The notes beneath the pieces were generated by a model. That model saw nothing but the letters and a program-made list of their open reading frames with translations. It had not been told where the DNA came from and searched no databases. A DNA stretch of 64,000 nt, taken from contig MGKI01000002.1 of the NCBI GenBank assembly GCA_001795615.1, positions 2,760-66,759 of the forward strand, in the 5' to 3' direction. The position numbers were made by a program, and so were the translations under genes. Positions 1 through 9,864 of this stretch are shown here, piece after piece (positions within the stretch are counted from its first letter, which is position 1; every line of letters starts with the position of its first letter). This DNA comes from Candidatus Yanofskybacteria bacterium RIFCSPLOWO2_01_FULL_42_49. GTDB lineage: Bacteria > Patescibacteriota > Minisyncoccia > 2-02-FULL-40-12 > GWA2-44-9.

Positions 1-1188
1 GTATGGATGTACCGCCGACAGTGAAAGCGGTGACGCCCGTAAAGCTTTGGACAACATTAGGCAATACGGCAATCACGCCCAAGAACAAGGCACCCACCAA
101 AGTTATCCTATTCAATAAAAATAATAGAAACTGCGCCGTCATCGGTCCCGGTCTTATTCCAGGAATATATCCGCCTTGTTTTTGAATATTGTCGGATATG
201 GATTTGGGATCAAAAGTAACCGCAGTATAGAAGTAAGTAAACAGGACGACAAGCAAAAAGTAGAAAGTTGAATACCAGGCGTTGGACTGTAAAAATCCAC
301 TGACAAAAGCTGCGGATTTGGCGATAAACGCATTGCCAGAAACCGATAAAAAATTAGCAATCATGCCCGGAAAAAGAAGAATTGACAATGCAAAAATTAT
401 AGGAATAACTCCCGCATTATTCACTCTCATCGGGAGATAAGTCGAAACGCCGCCATACACTCTCATGCCACGAATTCGTCTAGCATAATTAATGGGAATA
501 TTCCTTTGAGCTTCTGATACATAAATAACGCCTACTATAACCACAAGAGCAATGACAACAAAGCCGACATAGGTGAAAAGTTGGGTCGGATCATAAGTAA
601 AAATTGTTTGCCTTAAGGCGCTAGGAAAGCCTGCAACTATTCCAGCCAAGATTAAAATAGAAACGCCGTTGCCAAGATTTTTTTCGGTTATCAGTTCGCC
701 AAGCCACATCAAAAACACGCTACCGGCGATAATCACAGATATTGCACTAACCCACTCTAAGAGAGACAAACTTCCGATTACCCCCTGACGCGACAGCAAA
801 ACTAAAAAACCATATCCTTGCAAAGCGGCCAAGGGCACAGTCAATAAACGCGAATACTGGTTGAATTTCATCCTACCCGCCTCGCCTTCGTACTTATACA
901 TCTGCTCCAACGAGGGAAAAATCATTGTAAGAAGCTGCATAATAATTGATCCTGTAATATAAGGACCCAGACCAAGCATGCCGATCGATAGCGCCGCCAA
1001 GGACCCGCCCGTAAATGTACTTATAAGGCCAAAAAACTGATTCTGGGCAAAAAACTCTCTCAACTGAGAAGAATCAACGGCTGGAATTGGAATGTTAGAA
1101 ATCAATCTAAAAACAACCAGAATAGCCAAAATAAATAGCACCTTATTCCTTAGGTCGGGCCGTTTGAAGATTTGTAGTAGTTTGTTCA
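1..1188 (-). CDS. secY: Preprotein translocase SecY. The N-terminus lies near 1188 with a probable GTG start, and the C-terminal part runs off the window edge.
   Basis: Hand translation of the minus strand gives multi-TM protein with SecY-like motifs (GGSLAALSIGMLGLGPYITGSIIMQLLT; RGMRVYGG). It sits downstream of rplO in the ribosomal operon. It is missing from the ORF track because the stop codon is outside the window. Confidence 0.75.
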
Positions 1189-1267
1189 CTATTTAGGTTT
1201 TAGGTTTTAGGTTTTAGGTTTTAGGTTTTTTATTAACCTAATCCCTAATTTCCTAACACCTAATGCT

Positions 1268-1741
1268 CTACTTAATTGTTCCGCCGGCTTTTACTATCTT
1301 ACCCCTCGCCGATTTTGACAAGCTGAATCCTTCAAATACAAGCTTCTTGCTTAACTCACCGTCTCCAAGTATTTTTACTTCTTTGTTTTGCTTACCTAAA
1401 ATTCCTCTGTCAAAAAGAAGTTTCGGGTTAACCGTATCGCCGTCGTTAAATTTATTAAATTCTTCCACATTAACTGCCGCCGGCTTATCCTGCTTCAGTC
1501 TGTAAAATCTGTGTTTTGCATACACGCCGGAACCGCCCGGCTTTTTGGAAGCTCCTCTTTGTTTTGGAAACAACTGCCAGATTCGGTTATCTCCTCCTCG
1601 AAAACCCGGCCTTACGCTGGCGCCAGCTCTTGATTTTTGTCCCTTAGTGCCATGTCCGGAAAAAGTCCCGCGCTTACCGCCGCGACCAATTCGCTTACCA
1701 GATTTTCTAGGAGTTTTCGATTGTAGATTAGATAGGTTCAT
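1268..1741 (-). CDS. rplO: 50S ribosomal protein L15
   Basis: Gly/Arg/Lys-rich N-terminus KRIGRGGKRGTFSGHG typical of L15; position between S5 and secY. Confidence 0.9.
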   Translation of the reverse strand: MNLSNLQSKTPRKSGKRIGRGGKRGTFSGHGTKGQKSRAGASVRPGFRGGDNRIWQLFPKQRGASKKPGGSGVYAKHRFYRLKQDKPAAVNVEEFNKFNDGDTVNPKLLFDRGILGKQNKEVKILGDGELSKKLVFEGFSLSKSARGKIVKAGGTIK

Positions 1742-1817
1742 ATTAATTTAAATTCGAAATGTTTTTAATTTTTGGATTTTGGTCATTTGAGCTTGTTTAG
1801 GATTTAGAGATTAGAAT

Positions 1818-2369
1818 TTAGGATTTCACTCGAAGTTTTTTCAAAGCTTCGAGTGTTGCTTGGGCAATATTAATTTTGTTATTTGTTCTACTGATTAATT
1901 TTCCAGTCAAGCTGGTTATGCCAGCAAGTTTTGCCACTACTCTGACCGGGCCACCGGCTTTAACTCCGCTTTTTGAGGGCTTTAATATAACTTCCGCACT
2001 ATTATATTTTGCCTCAACCTGATACGGAATAGTACCCCCAACTAACGGTATGGCTATTAAATTTTTCTTAGCTTTGTTAAAAGCTTTCTGAATAGACTGG
2101 GCCACATCTTTTCCTTTAGCCATACCAAGACCAATCCTGCCCTTTCCATCTCCTATAGCTATGGTCGTTCTGAAACTAAATCTTTTTCCGCCCTTTGTTA
2201 CCCTGGTAACCCTCGCTATGTCGAGCACTTTTTGTTCATACTCTGATTTTTTATCACCGCCAAAATCACCGCCTTTTTTAAAACCGCCCCTTCTACCTCC
2301 CTGAAAGTTACTACCGCCTCTTGCCTGACCCTGGTTCGGTCCCCTAAAATTGTTATTTTGATTGTTCAT
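1818..2369 (-). CDS. rpsE: 30S ribosomal protein S5 with a Gly/Arg-rich N-terminal extension
   Basis: S5 core (TKGGKRFSF..., VKAGGPVRVVAKLAGI); operon position. Only 76 bp separate it from rplO, so L30 is absent. Confidence 0.9.
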   Translation of the reverse strand: MNNQNNNFRGPNQGQARGGSNFQGGRRGGFKKGGDFGGDKKSEYEQKVLDIARVTRVTKGGKRFSFRTTIAIGDGKGRIGLGMAKGKDVAQSIQKAFNKAKKNLIAIPLVGGTIPYQVEAKYNSAEVILKPSKSGVKAGGPVRVVAKLAGITSLTGKLISRTNNKINIAQATLEALKKLRVKS

Positions 2370-2371
2370 AA

Positions 2372-2803
2372 TTAAAATTTTATTCCGCCTTTTCTTAAAC
2401 CGTCGGCAACGGCTTTTATGCGGCCGTGAAATTTAAACCCCCCTCGGTCAAAAACGGCTTCTTTGATCCCCGACTCTTTAGCCTTTTCAGCAAGCATTTC
2501 ACCTATTTTTGTCGCCTTATCTGTTTTCGTGCCCACGGAGACCCGGCTACCTAGACCCGGCTCCGCACGGGTCCCTCTTGGCGAACGCACGGGTCCCTCT
2601 CCGCGACCAATCTTGCTTTTTTTATCTGCTACAACCTTGCTACTCAAGATAGTTTTGCCTGTTTCATCATCTATAAATTGGGTAAAAATATGCTTATTGC
2701 TTTTAAAAACCGAAATTCTAGGCCGCTCACTAGTGCCCTTAACCAAAGCTCTTACTCGAGAGTGGCGTCTTTGCCTATTTAGTTGTTTTGTTTTAAAATT
2801 CAC
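2372..2803 (-). CDS. rplR: 50S ribosomal protein L18 carrying a ~25-aa GC-rich internal insertion
   Basis: C-terminal FDRGGFKFHGRIKAVADGLRKGG is the L18 signature; operon position. Confidence 0.85.
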   Translation of the reverse strand: MNFKTKQLNRQRRHSRVRALVKGTSERPRISVFKSNKHIFTQFIDDETGKTILSSKVVADKKSKIGRGEGPVRSPRGTRAEPGLGSRVSVGTKTDKATKIGEMLAEKAKESGIKEAVFDRGGFKFHGRIKAVADGLRKGGIKF

Positions 2804-2889
2804 CGAGGGTTTTGGGTTTTAGATTTTAGGTTTTAGGTTTTTATTTTCTTAAACCTAATCACCTAAATACCTAACACCTAGAAGCTATT

Positions 2890-3426
2890 TTATCCCGCTG
2901 CCACTGCTTTCTTACCCGCTTTTTTCTTGATAATTTCATTCTTGTATCTTATGCCGCTGCCCTTATAGGGTTCCGGGGGTCTTTTCGATCTTATTTCAGC
3001 CGCCACCTTGCCAACCAACTCTTTGTCAAGTCCTGATATTTTTATTGAATTTTTTTCTACGCTAAACATAATTCCTTCAACGGCAGAAATAGTTACGGGG
3101 TGAGAGAACCCCAAGCCAAGCTCAAGACCCCCCTCTTTTGCGTTAGCTTTGTAGCCAATGCCCTGAAACTCTAATATTTTATTAAAACCATTTGTAACCC
3201 CAATAACCATATTAGCGATAAGAGCTCTTTGCAAGCCCCATTTGGCTGAATTATCTTCTCCTTTGGGAGAAAGTCTGATTAAATTTCCTTCAATTATAAC
3301 TTCCGATCCTTTTACTAAGGGCTTGGTTAATTCTCCTTTCGGGCCTTTTACAAAAATACTGTCTCCTTCTATCTTTACCGTAACACCGTTTGGAATTTCA
3401 ATTGGTTTTTTGCCGATTTTGGACAA
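2890..3426 (-). CDS. rplF: 50S ribosomal protein L6
   Basis: MSKIGKKPIEIPNGVTVKIEG...; two-domain L6 pattern; operon position. Confidence 0.9.
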   Translation of the reverse strand: MSKIGKKPIEIPNGVTVKIEGDSIFVKGPKGELTKPLVKGSEVIIEGNLIRLSPKGEDNSAKWGLQRALIANMVIGVTNGFNKILEFQGIGYKANAKEGGLELGLGFSHPVTISAVEGIMFSVEKNSIKISGLDKELVGKVAAEIRSKRPPEPYKGSGIRYKNEIIKKKAGKKAVAAG

Positions 3427-3508
3427 ACTAGAATTTAGAATTTAGAATTTAGAATTTAGAATAAGGACTTTGATCCAGATTCTAGCTTCCAGATTCTAGA
3501 TTCTGTTT

Positions 3509-3907
3509 TTACCACACTTCAAACAACATCTCCCCCCCCAGATTCTGTTTCCTTGCTTCTTTTGAACTCATTATTCCTTTAGGAGTTGAGACTACTGCCA
3601 TTCCGTGTCCCGATCTTACCGGTTTTATTTGGCTGGCCTTAATATACATTCTCCTTGATGGGCGACTAATAATCTTGATTCCGCTTACGGCCGGACCATG
3701 TCCGTCATATTTTAATGTAATAAATATCTGTTCATGTTCAGACTTTTTTGTTTTTCTTGTTTTTCTTTCCACTCCAACTAAGTACCCCCCCGCTTTCATG
3801 ATATTAGCTACATCAAATTTCATTCTTGAAAACGGTAAAACAACGGATTCTTTGTTTACCGCTTGAGCATTCATTATTTGTACTAACATATCTGATATGG
3901 GATACAT
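3509..3907 (-). CDS. rpsH: 30S ribosomal protein S8; start probably at the internal M (MYPISDMLVQIMNA)
   Basis: DMLxxIxNA N-terminal motif and a GYLVGVER...HGPAVSGIKIISRP core. Confidence 0.85.
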   Translation of the reverse strand: MYPISDMLVQIMNAQAVNKESVVLPFSRMKFDVANIMKAGGYLVGVERKTRKTKKSEHEQIFITLKYDGHGPAVSGIKIISRPSRRMYIKASQIKPVRSGHGMAVVSTPKGIMSSKEARKQNLGGEMLFEVW

Positions 3908-4047
3908 AAATAATTTAATAATCAATCACCCTGCCTACCGGCAGGCAGGCAATGATCAATAACCAATAAATAATCAATTTCTAAACATTTTAAACATTTA
4001 AAGTTTTATTGGGTATTGGATGTTGGTTATTGGTCATTTCAAATATT

Positions 4048-4233
4048 TTACCAGCTGCTTTTTTTAACTCCTGGCAACAATCCTTGGCTCGCCAACTCTC
4101 TGAAATGAATCCTGCACAATCCAAATTTTCTCATATATCCTCCTTTTCTTCCGCACATAAAGCATCTCAACACCGTGCGCGTAGAAAATTTCGGTTTTTT
4201 GTTTGATCTTGCTATTGTAGACTTCTTAGCCAT
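4048..4233 (-). CDS. rpsZ: 30S ribosomal protein S14, zinc-binding type Z
   Basis: 61 aa with CxxC...CxxC ([23 protein letters not shown]). Confidence 0.9.
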   Translation of the reverse strand: MAKKSTIARSNKKPKFSTRTVLRCFMCGRKGGYMRKFGLCRIHFRELASQGLLPGVKKSSW

Positions 4234-4326
4234 GTTTCAAATTTAAAATTTAAAAATCAAAATGAAAAATTACAGTGTAAAATTTTAAAATTTTGAATTG
4301 TCATTTTCCATTTTGATATTTGCATT

Positions 4327-4869
4327 TTACATTTTCTTGATGGGAAATCCCATCAAGCGCAACAATGCCATCCCTTTTTCTTTGTCCATGCTTGTCGTTA
4401 CCACCGTCACTTCCAAGCTGAAAATGTCTTTCAATGTTTCATAGGTAACTTCCGGGAAAACGCTTGACTCCTTCATCCCCAAGTTTAAATTACCGTTCTT
4501 ATCAAAATTTTTTGTATCTATCCCCCTGAAATCTTTGGATCTTGGCAGAGCGATGGATATTAACCTATCTATAAAATCATACATTCTTTTTCCGCGCAAA
4601 GTAACAGACAGGCCAACATTCATCCCTTCTCTTAATTTAAAACTGGATATGGACTTCTTCGCTTTTCTGAACACTGGTTTTTGGCCGGTAAGTTTGGCCA
4701 GATCGGCAACTATTTTTTCTACAGCCTTATCGTCTTTTGTAATTTTGCCTATCCCAACATTAACCACTACCTTCTCGACTTTGGGAACGGCCATTATGTT
4801 TTTAATACTAAACTCTTTCTGCAAAGCAGGAATAATTGATTTTCGATAGTTTTGAATTAATCTAGACAT
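4327..4869 (-). CDS. rplE: 50S ribosomal protein L5
   Basis: L5 motifs (EKVVVNVGIGK, RKAKKSISSFKLREGMNVG); operon position. Confidence 0.9.
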   Translation of the reverse strand: MSRLIQNYRKSIIPALQKEFSIKNIMAVPKVEKVVVNVGIGKITKDDKAVEKIVADLAKLTGQKPVFRKAKKSISSFKLREGMNVGLSVTLRGKRMYDFIDRLISIALPRSKDFRGIDTKNFDKNGNLNLGMKESSVFPEVTYETLKDIFSLEVTVVTTSMDKEKGMALLRLMGFPIKKM

Positions 4870-4886
4870 AAATAAGGCGGGTATTA

Positions 4887-5192
4887 TTATACTTCATTTC
4901 TACATTTTTTACAAATTCTCACTTTGTTATTTCCTTCGAATTTATATCCAACTCTGGTTGGCTTACCACAGGATTTACAGACCAAGGCAACGCTTGATGC
5001 CGAAACAGCTCTTTCTTTGTGTATGACCTGGCCTTTCTGGCCTTGTTTTCTTGCTCGGACATGCTTTTTAATTAAATTGAGTCCTTCAACCACAACCCTG
5101 TCTTTTTGTGGCAAAATCAAAATCACCTTAGCTTTTTTGCCCCGGTCTTTGCCGCTTAACATTATTACATTGTCATTTCGTTTTATCTTCAA
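4887..5192 (-). CDS. rplX: 50S ribosomal protein L24 with a C-terminal zinc-ribbon extension
   Basis: KOW region (KIKRNDNVIMLSGKDRGKKAKV) followed by CKSCGK...CKKCRNEV. Confidence 0.85.
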   Translation of the reverse strand: MKIKRNDNVIMLSGKDRGKKAKVILILPQKDRVVVEGLNLIKKHVRARKQGQKGQVIHKERAVSASSVALVCKSCGKPTRVGYKFEGNNKVRICKKCRNEV

Positions 5193-5263
5193 AACTAGTT
5201 TCTAGTTTCTAGTTTCTAGTTTACAGATTGCTGTCAACTGTAAACTGTCAACTGTAAACCGTC

Positions 5264-5629
5264 TTACACTACTTCCTCTGCCAACGATGCTATGGTATTA
5301 AATCCTTTCTCTTTTATTTCTCTCGGTATCGGGCCGAATATTCTCCCGCCTTTCGGTTCCATGCCATCCAATATCACAACTGCGTTGTCGTCAAATCTGA
5401 TGTATGTACCGTCTTTCCTTCTGAAGGGTTTCCTTTGTCTGACAACAACCGCCCGCAATACTTCTTTTTTCTTTACCGTCTTTCTCGGTTCAGCAACTTT
5501 TACCGAAACAACAACCATATCTCCTATCTGAGCATATCGCCTTTTAGATCCTCCGAGTACCTTAAAGACGCCAACCTTTTTCGCTCCGCTGTTATCTGCT
5601 ACTTCTACTATTGAACGTAATTGCAACAT
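5264..5629 (-). CDS. rplN: 50S ribosomal protein L14; start at the internal MLQLRS
   Basis: [22 protein letters not shown] is the canonical L14 N-terminus. Confidence 0.9.
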   Translation of the reverse strand: MLQLRSIVEVADNSGAKKVGVFKVLGGSKRRYAQIGDMVVVSVKVAEPRKTVKKKEVLRAVVVRQRKPFRRKDGTYIRFDDNAVVILDGMEPKGGRIFGPIPREIKEKGFNTIASLAEEVV

Positions 5630-5795
5630 AATAAAATAATCTCTAAATCCTAAACACCTGCCTGCCGGCAGGCAGGAATCCAAAATTCTCAGCCTGAGGC
5701 TGATCCGCCTCTGGCGGAAAATATTTAAACTGTTTTTGATTTTGATATTTGGTCATTTGATATTGTTTAGAAATTAGATATTAGAAATTAGAAAT

Positions 5796-6050
5796 TTAAT
5801 CAACTCTGTTGATTATTGTCCATCTTTTGTCTTTCGACACCGGCTTTGTTTCTTTTATCAAAACTTTTTCGCCTATTTTATAAACGCCCTCCGCATCATG
5901 TGCCTTGAATCTTTTAGACACACTATAGTATTTTTTGTATTTTGGATGCTTTTTCATCCGCGAAACTTCAACAACTACAGTTTTCTGCATTTTATCAGAC
6001 ACCACAACGCCTTTTAATATTCTCTGTTTTGAATTTTGAATTTTAGTCAT
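5796..6050 (-). CDS. rpsQ: 30S ribosomal protein S17
   Basis: GVVVSDKMQKTVVVEV...KYKKYY...KAHDAEGVYKIGEKV. Confidence 0.9.
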   Translation of the reverse strand: MTKIQNSKQRILKGVVVSDKMQKTVVVEVSRMKKHPKYKKYYSVSKRFKAHDAEGVYKIGEKVLIKETKPVSKDKRWTIINRVD

Positions 6051-6060
6051 TGTTTAAAGT

Positions 6061-6270
6061 TTAAAGTTTAGGGTTTAGGGTTTGCGAATTTTGACTTTTC
6101 AATAAAGTCAAAATTCGTGCTATGTCTTTTTTTATTTTCTTAATTTGACTTGTATCCTTCAGGGCATGAGCTTCTAATTCGAAACTGATTTTGGCTAGTT
6201 TAATTTTCAGGTCGCTTAAAGACCCTTCTAACTCTTTCGATGTTTTATTTTTTAAGTCAGTTGATTTCAT
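6061..6270 (-). CDS. rpmC: 50S ribosomal protein L29
   Basis: 69-aa helical protein between L16 and S17 (LKNKTSKELEGSLSDLKIKL). Confidence 0.8.
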   Translation of the reverse strand: MKSTDLKNKTSKELEGSLSDLKIKLAKISFELEAHALKDTSQIKKIKKDIARILTLLKSQNSQTLNPKL

Positions 6271-6671
6271 CTTTTAACTATCCTCACTTTAATTGGTAAT
6301 TTATGCGCAGCCAGCCTTAATGCTTCTCTGGCCTGTTCTTCCGATAAACCGTCAATCTCAAATATCATTCTTCCCGCTTCTACTGGTACTACAAAATGAG
6401 AGAGGGCACCTCTGCCACCGCCCATTCCAACTTCAGAACTTTTGGATGTTCTCGGTTTGTCTGGAAAAACTCTTGTCCATATTTTACCCCCTCTTTGGAT
6501 AAATCTAGCCATAACTTTGCGGGCAGACTCAAGCTGGTTCGATTTCAACCAAGACGATTCTTCGGATTTAAGGCCGAATGTACCAAAACTTAACTCAGCG
6601 CCACGAGATGTGCGATTTTTCAATTTGCCCTTGTGGACTTTAGTGTGTTTTACGCGACTAGGCTGTAACAT
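6267..6671 (-). CDS. rplP: 50S ribosomal protein L16
   Basis: MLQPSRVKHTKVHKGKLKN...; GGGKG...; operon position. Confidence 0.9.
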   Translation of the reverse strand: MLQPSRVKHTKVHKGKLKNRTSRGAELSFGTFGLKSEESSWLKSNQLESARKVMARFIQRGGKIWTRVFPDKPRTSKSSEVGMGGGRGALSHFVVPVEAGRMIFEIDGLSEEQAREALRLAAHKLPIKVRIVKR

Positions 6672-6720
6672 AACTAAGTTTAAATATTTAAATATTTAAA
6701 TATTGTCATATTGAAGTTTT

Positions 6721-7359
6721 TCATTTTTGAAAAACTTCTCCCTTATATATCCATACTTTCACTCCGATTGTTCCGTATGTTGTCATGGCAGTTGCCTTTG
6801 CAAAGTCGATGTCGGCCCTGATAGTCTGAAGGGGTAAACTGCCTTGTTCAAGATGCTCTAGTCTTGCAATCTCAGCACCGTCTAAGCGGCCGCTTATTTG
6901 CATTTTAACTCCAGCCACATCTTTGTTCGCTATTATCTTCGCTACAGTTTGCTTCATGACTCTTCTGAATGGTATCCTCTTCTCGATTTGATCGACTACG
7001 GACTCAGCCATTATGGCAGCCGAGGCTTCTGGATTTTTTACTTCTTGAATTTCTACCCTAATACCGACTTTTTTCTTAAGAAGCTGCCGGACTGCTGATT
7101 TTAACTCTTCCACTCCAGTACCGCCTCTGCCAATTATTAAACCGGGCCTTGCCGTATATATTAAAATGTTGAGCATGTCTGTCCCTCTTTCAAGTTCAAT
7201 TCTGTCAACCGCAGTATTTTTTAATCGTTTGCTAAGAAAGTCCCTCACCGCAACATCATTTTTTAAATACTCCACATATTTTCTACGACCAAACCATCGG
7301 GACAACCAGTCCTTATTTATTCCTATTCGATATGATGTTGGTGATATTTTTTGTCCCAA
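6721..7359 (-). CDS. rpsC: 30S ribosomal protein S3
   Basis: MGQKISPTSYRIGI...; KH domain; ...RIPFRRVMKQ. Confidence 0.9.
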   Translation of the reverse strand: MGQKISPTSYRIGINKDWLSRWFGRRKYVEYLKNDVAVRDFLSKRLKNTAVDRIELERGTDMLNILIYTARPGLIIGRGGTGVEELKSAVRQLLKKKVGIRVEIQEVKNPEASAAIMAESVVDQIEKRIPFRRVMKQTVAKIIANKDVAGVKMQISGRLDGAEIARLEHLEQGSLPLQTIRADIDFAKATAMTTYGTIGVKVWIYKGEVFQK

Positions 7360-7436
7360 ACTGGTTAGTTTTTAGTTTCTAGTTTTTAGTTTCTAGTTTT
7401 AAAGCTAGAAACTAGTCGCTAGAAGCTAGAAACTAG

Positions 7437-7946
7437 TTATATGGCTTTTCTTCTGAACACTCTCTTGCCCAAACTCTTTAAAACATTTTCTTTTCGACCC
7501 AATTCTGTTTTAATTTCCGGCCTTTTTACTTCTTGTTTGTCAGATTCCGATGTTTGTCCGAATTCCTTTTCCTTGACCCTCTTTTCAATCGGCGATCTCT
7601 TTAAACCAGCTACCCTCTCCGCTAAAATTACTTCTATGTGGCTCGTTTTCTTTTCTATTGGGGAAACCCTTCCAAAACCTTTCGGCTTGAACCTCTTCAG
7701 CTTAACACCTTCGTCAACCTTTATACTTTTAACATACAGGTTATCTTTTACCATGTTGTAGGTGTTTTCTGCATTAGCTATGGCCGATTTTAATAACTTT
7801 ATAACAGGCGAGCTCGGACGCTTAATCATAGCCTCAAGTTGACTAATGGCATCAAGCGCATTTTTTCCTTTTATCAGATTCGAAACAGCTCTAACCTTTC
7901 TTGGAGCCAATCGTAGGTTATTCAGTTGTGCTTTTACTTCTGCCAT
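7437..7946 (-). CDS. rplV: 50S ribosomal protein L22 with a ~50-aa basic C-terminal extension
   Basis: AKAQLNNLRLAPRKVRAVSNLIKGKNALDAISQL... Confidence 0.85.
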   Translation of the reverse strand: MAEVKAQLNNLRLAPRKVRAVSNLIKGKNALDAISQLEAMIKRPSSPVIKLLKSAIANAENTYNMVKDNLYVKSIKVDEGVKLKRFKPKGFGRVSPIEKKTSHIEVILAERVAGLKRSPIEKRVKEKEFGQTSESDKQEVKRPEIKTELGRKENVLKSLGKRVFRRKAI

Positions 7947-8019
7947 TTTTAGGTTTTAGATTTTAGGTTTTAGATTTTAGGTTTTTTACCTAATTACCTA
8001 ACACCTATCACCTAATAAG

Positions 8020-8373
8020 CTATTTCTTCGGTGCTTCTCCTTCCGCTGGTGCTACTTTTGCTGCTTGCGCCGCTTCTATTTCTTTCTGCTTTTGGGCCGC
8101 TTCCAATTCTTTCTGCATTCTCCCTCCGTGTCTCACAAATTTTCTAGTCGGAGAAAATTCTCCAAGTTTATGGCCAACCAAATCCTCTGTAATAAAAACT
8201 GGAATGTGTACTCTACCATTATGAACGCCAAACGTAAAACCGATCATCTCTGGAATAATCGTACAGGCTCTTGACCATGTTTTAATTATTATTTTGTCGC
8301 CCGCCCTTAAACTGGCTATTTTTTTTAACAGCCTTTGATCGACATATGGTCCCTTTTTAAGTGATCGTGACAA
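8020..8373 (-). CDS. rpsS: 30S ribosomal protein S19 with a repetitive (QKELEAAQ...) C-terminal tail
   Basis: [11 protein letters not shown]..., [26 protein letters not shown]. Confidence 0.9.
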   Translation of the reverse strand: MSRSLKKGPYVDQRLLKKIASLRAGDKIIIKTWSRACTIIPEMIGFTFGVHNGRVHIPVFITEDLVGHKLGEFSPTRKFVRHGGRMQKELEAAQKQKEIEAAQAAKVAPAEGEAPKK

Positions 8374-8439
8374 ATTAGTTTCTAGTTTCTAGTTTCTAGC
8401 TTACAGATTCTATCAACTGTAAACTGTAAACAGTAAACT

Positions 8440-9264
8440 CTATTTAGTTCTCCTTCTAACAATGAATTTATTTGATTTCTTCTTCTTGTTTCTGGTTTTT
8501 CTTCCTCCCGTAATTTTCCCTTGAGCCGTTTTCGGCCTTTTTGTCCCGCGTCCTTGCCTTCCCTCTCCTCCTCCATAAGGATGGTCTACTGGGTTCATAA
8601 CAGTGCCTCTTACTTTTGGTCTTCTGCCCAGCCACCTTGTTCTTCCGGCTTTGCCTAAAACAACCGAACTATGCTCCATATTGGACAACTGTCCCAATGA
8701 CGCGTAGCTTTCACCTGATATCGTTCTGGTTTCCGATGATGGCATTATTAATTGAACATGGCCACCTTCGCTGGCAAGCACTGTTGCCGCTCCGCCGGCT
8801 GATCTTATTAGCCTACCGCCTTGCCCGGGCCTGAGTTCAACATTATGAACCATAGAGCCCTGCGGAATATTTTTTAATTTCATCCTGTTGCCCGGCCGAA
8901 GCGGCGCTTTTTCAGCCGTAATCACATCATCCCCAACCTTAATATCTTGCGGAGCAAGAATGTATCTTTTGTCTCCGTCAGCGTAGTTTATTCGGGCTAT
9001 TCTGGTAGTTCTATTCGGATCGTATTCTATCGAAAAAATCTTACCGGGAATATTCAACTTGTTCTGTTTAAAATCAATCTCTCTATACAGCCTCTTAGCA
9101 CCGCCGCCTCTGTACTTGCTGGTGATTCTGCCCTTATTGTTTCTTCCCCATGACCTTATTAATCCTTTGGTGGCCGACCTTAACGGACCGACCTTTGATA
9201 GTCCGCTAAAATCATATCCCTTCATGTGCCTCCTTGACGGAGTTGTTGGTGAATAACTTTTCAT
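8440..9264 (-). CDS. rplB: 50S ribosomal protein L2
   Basis: ...GGGAKRLYR..., HPYGGGEGR... are classic L2 motifs. Confidence 0.95.
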   Translation of the reverse strand: MKSYSPTTPSRRHMKGYDFSGLSKVGPLRSATKGLIRSWGRNNKGRITSKYRGGGAKRLYREIDFKQNKLNIPGKIFSIEYDPNRTTRIARINYADGDKRYILAPQDIKVGDDVITAEKAPLRPGNRMKLKNIPQGSMVHNVELRPGQGGRLIRSAGGAATVLASEGGHVQLIMPSSETRTISGESYASLGQLSNMEHSSVVLGKAGRTRWLGRRPKVRGTVMNPVDHPYGGGEGRQGRGTKRPKTAQGKITGGRKTRNKKKKSNKFIVRRRTK

Positions 9265-9429
9265 AAACTTTAACCTTTAAAACACAAGGCACAGGAACCA
9301 AATCACAAATGTTTTGGTCTCTGTGTTTTTCTTAAGTTTATGTTTTATTTGTGTTTTGTGCATTTGTGTTTTGTGTTTTTTAATTTGGGGTTTATTTAGA
9401 AATTAGTAATTAGAAATTAGAAATTCTCG

Positions 9430-9864
9430 TCAGGCCTTAGCCTGATCGATGGCATATCCTTCTCTTAAAACCACCACTGCCTTTTTAATGCCTGCCTTAA
9501 ATCCTGAATGTCGGCCCACACTTCTTTTTTTCTTCGGCAAATTTATCATCTTAACTCCCTTAACTTTAACACCGAAACTTTTTTCAACCTGCTTTTTGAC
9601 TTCATTTTTAGTCGTATCATCAAAAACTTTAAAAACATACTGGTTTGAGGCATTAAGAACTGACGCTTTCTCGCTCACATAAAAACCCTTCAGAACCCCG
9701 TATTCCGTCGGTAATACAGCAAGCGAACCGGTCTTTTCAACTTCCTTCTCTGCGGTCGGAGACTCTTGAACGGTTATTTCGTTCCCTTGCTTTTGGCCGG
9801 TCTTTTCCTTCGTCTCTGAGTCGCGGGTGTCTCCGGTAGTTTTTTTATCTTTTTTCCAAAACAT
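9430..9864 (-). CDS. rplW: 50S ribosomal protein L23 with an acidic/Lys-rich N-terminal extension
   Basis: C-terminal L23 core (YVFKV...KKQVEKSFGVKVKGVKMIN...KKR); operon position. Confidence 0.8.
   Translation of the reverse strand: MFWKKDKKTTGDTRDSETKEKTGQKQGNEITVQESPTAEKEVEKTGSLAVLPTEYGVLKGFYVSEKASVLNASNQYVFKVFDDTTKNEVKKQVEKSFGVKVKGVKMINLPKKKRSVGRHSGFKAGIKKAVVVLREGYAIDQAKA

Noticed and set aside
3-360. Small plus- and minus-strand ORFs at the window start (3-185 and 154-360)
   Set aside because: They lie inside or antisense to the secY reading frame. SecY-like translation of the minus strand explains the region.
1190-1260. The TTAGGTT-type tandem repeats could be read as telomere-like repeats or a CRISPR array.
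   Set aside because: They are short, with 3-5 units, and always paired with an inverted arm. The unit differs from gap to gap and there are no unique spacers. The intercistronic hairpin interpretation fits better.
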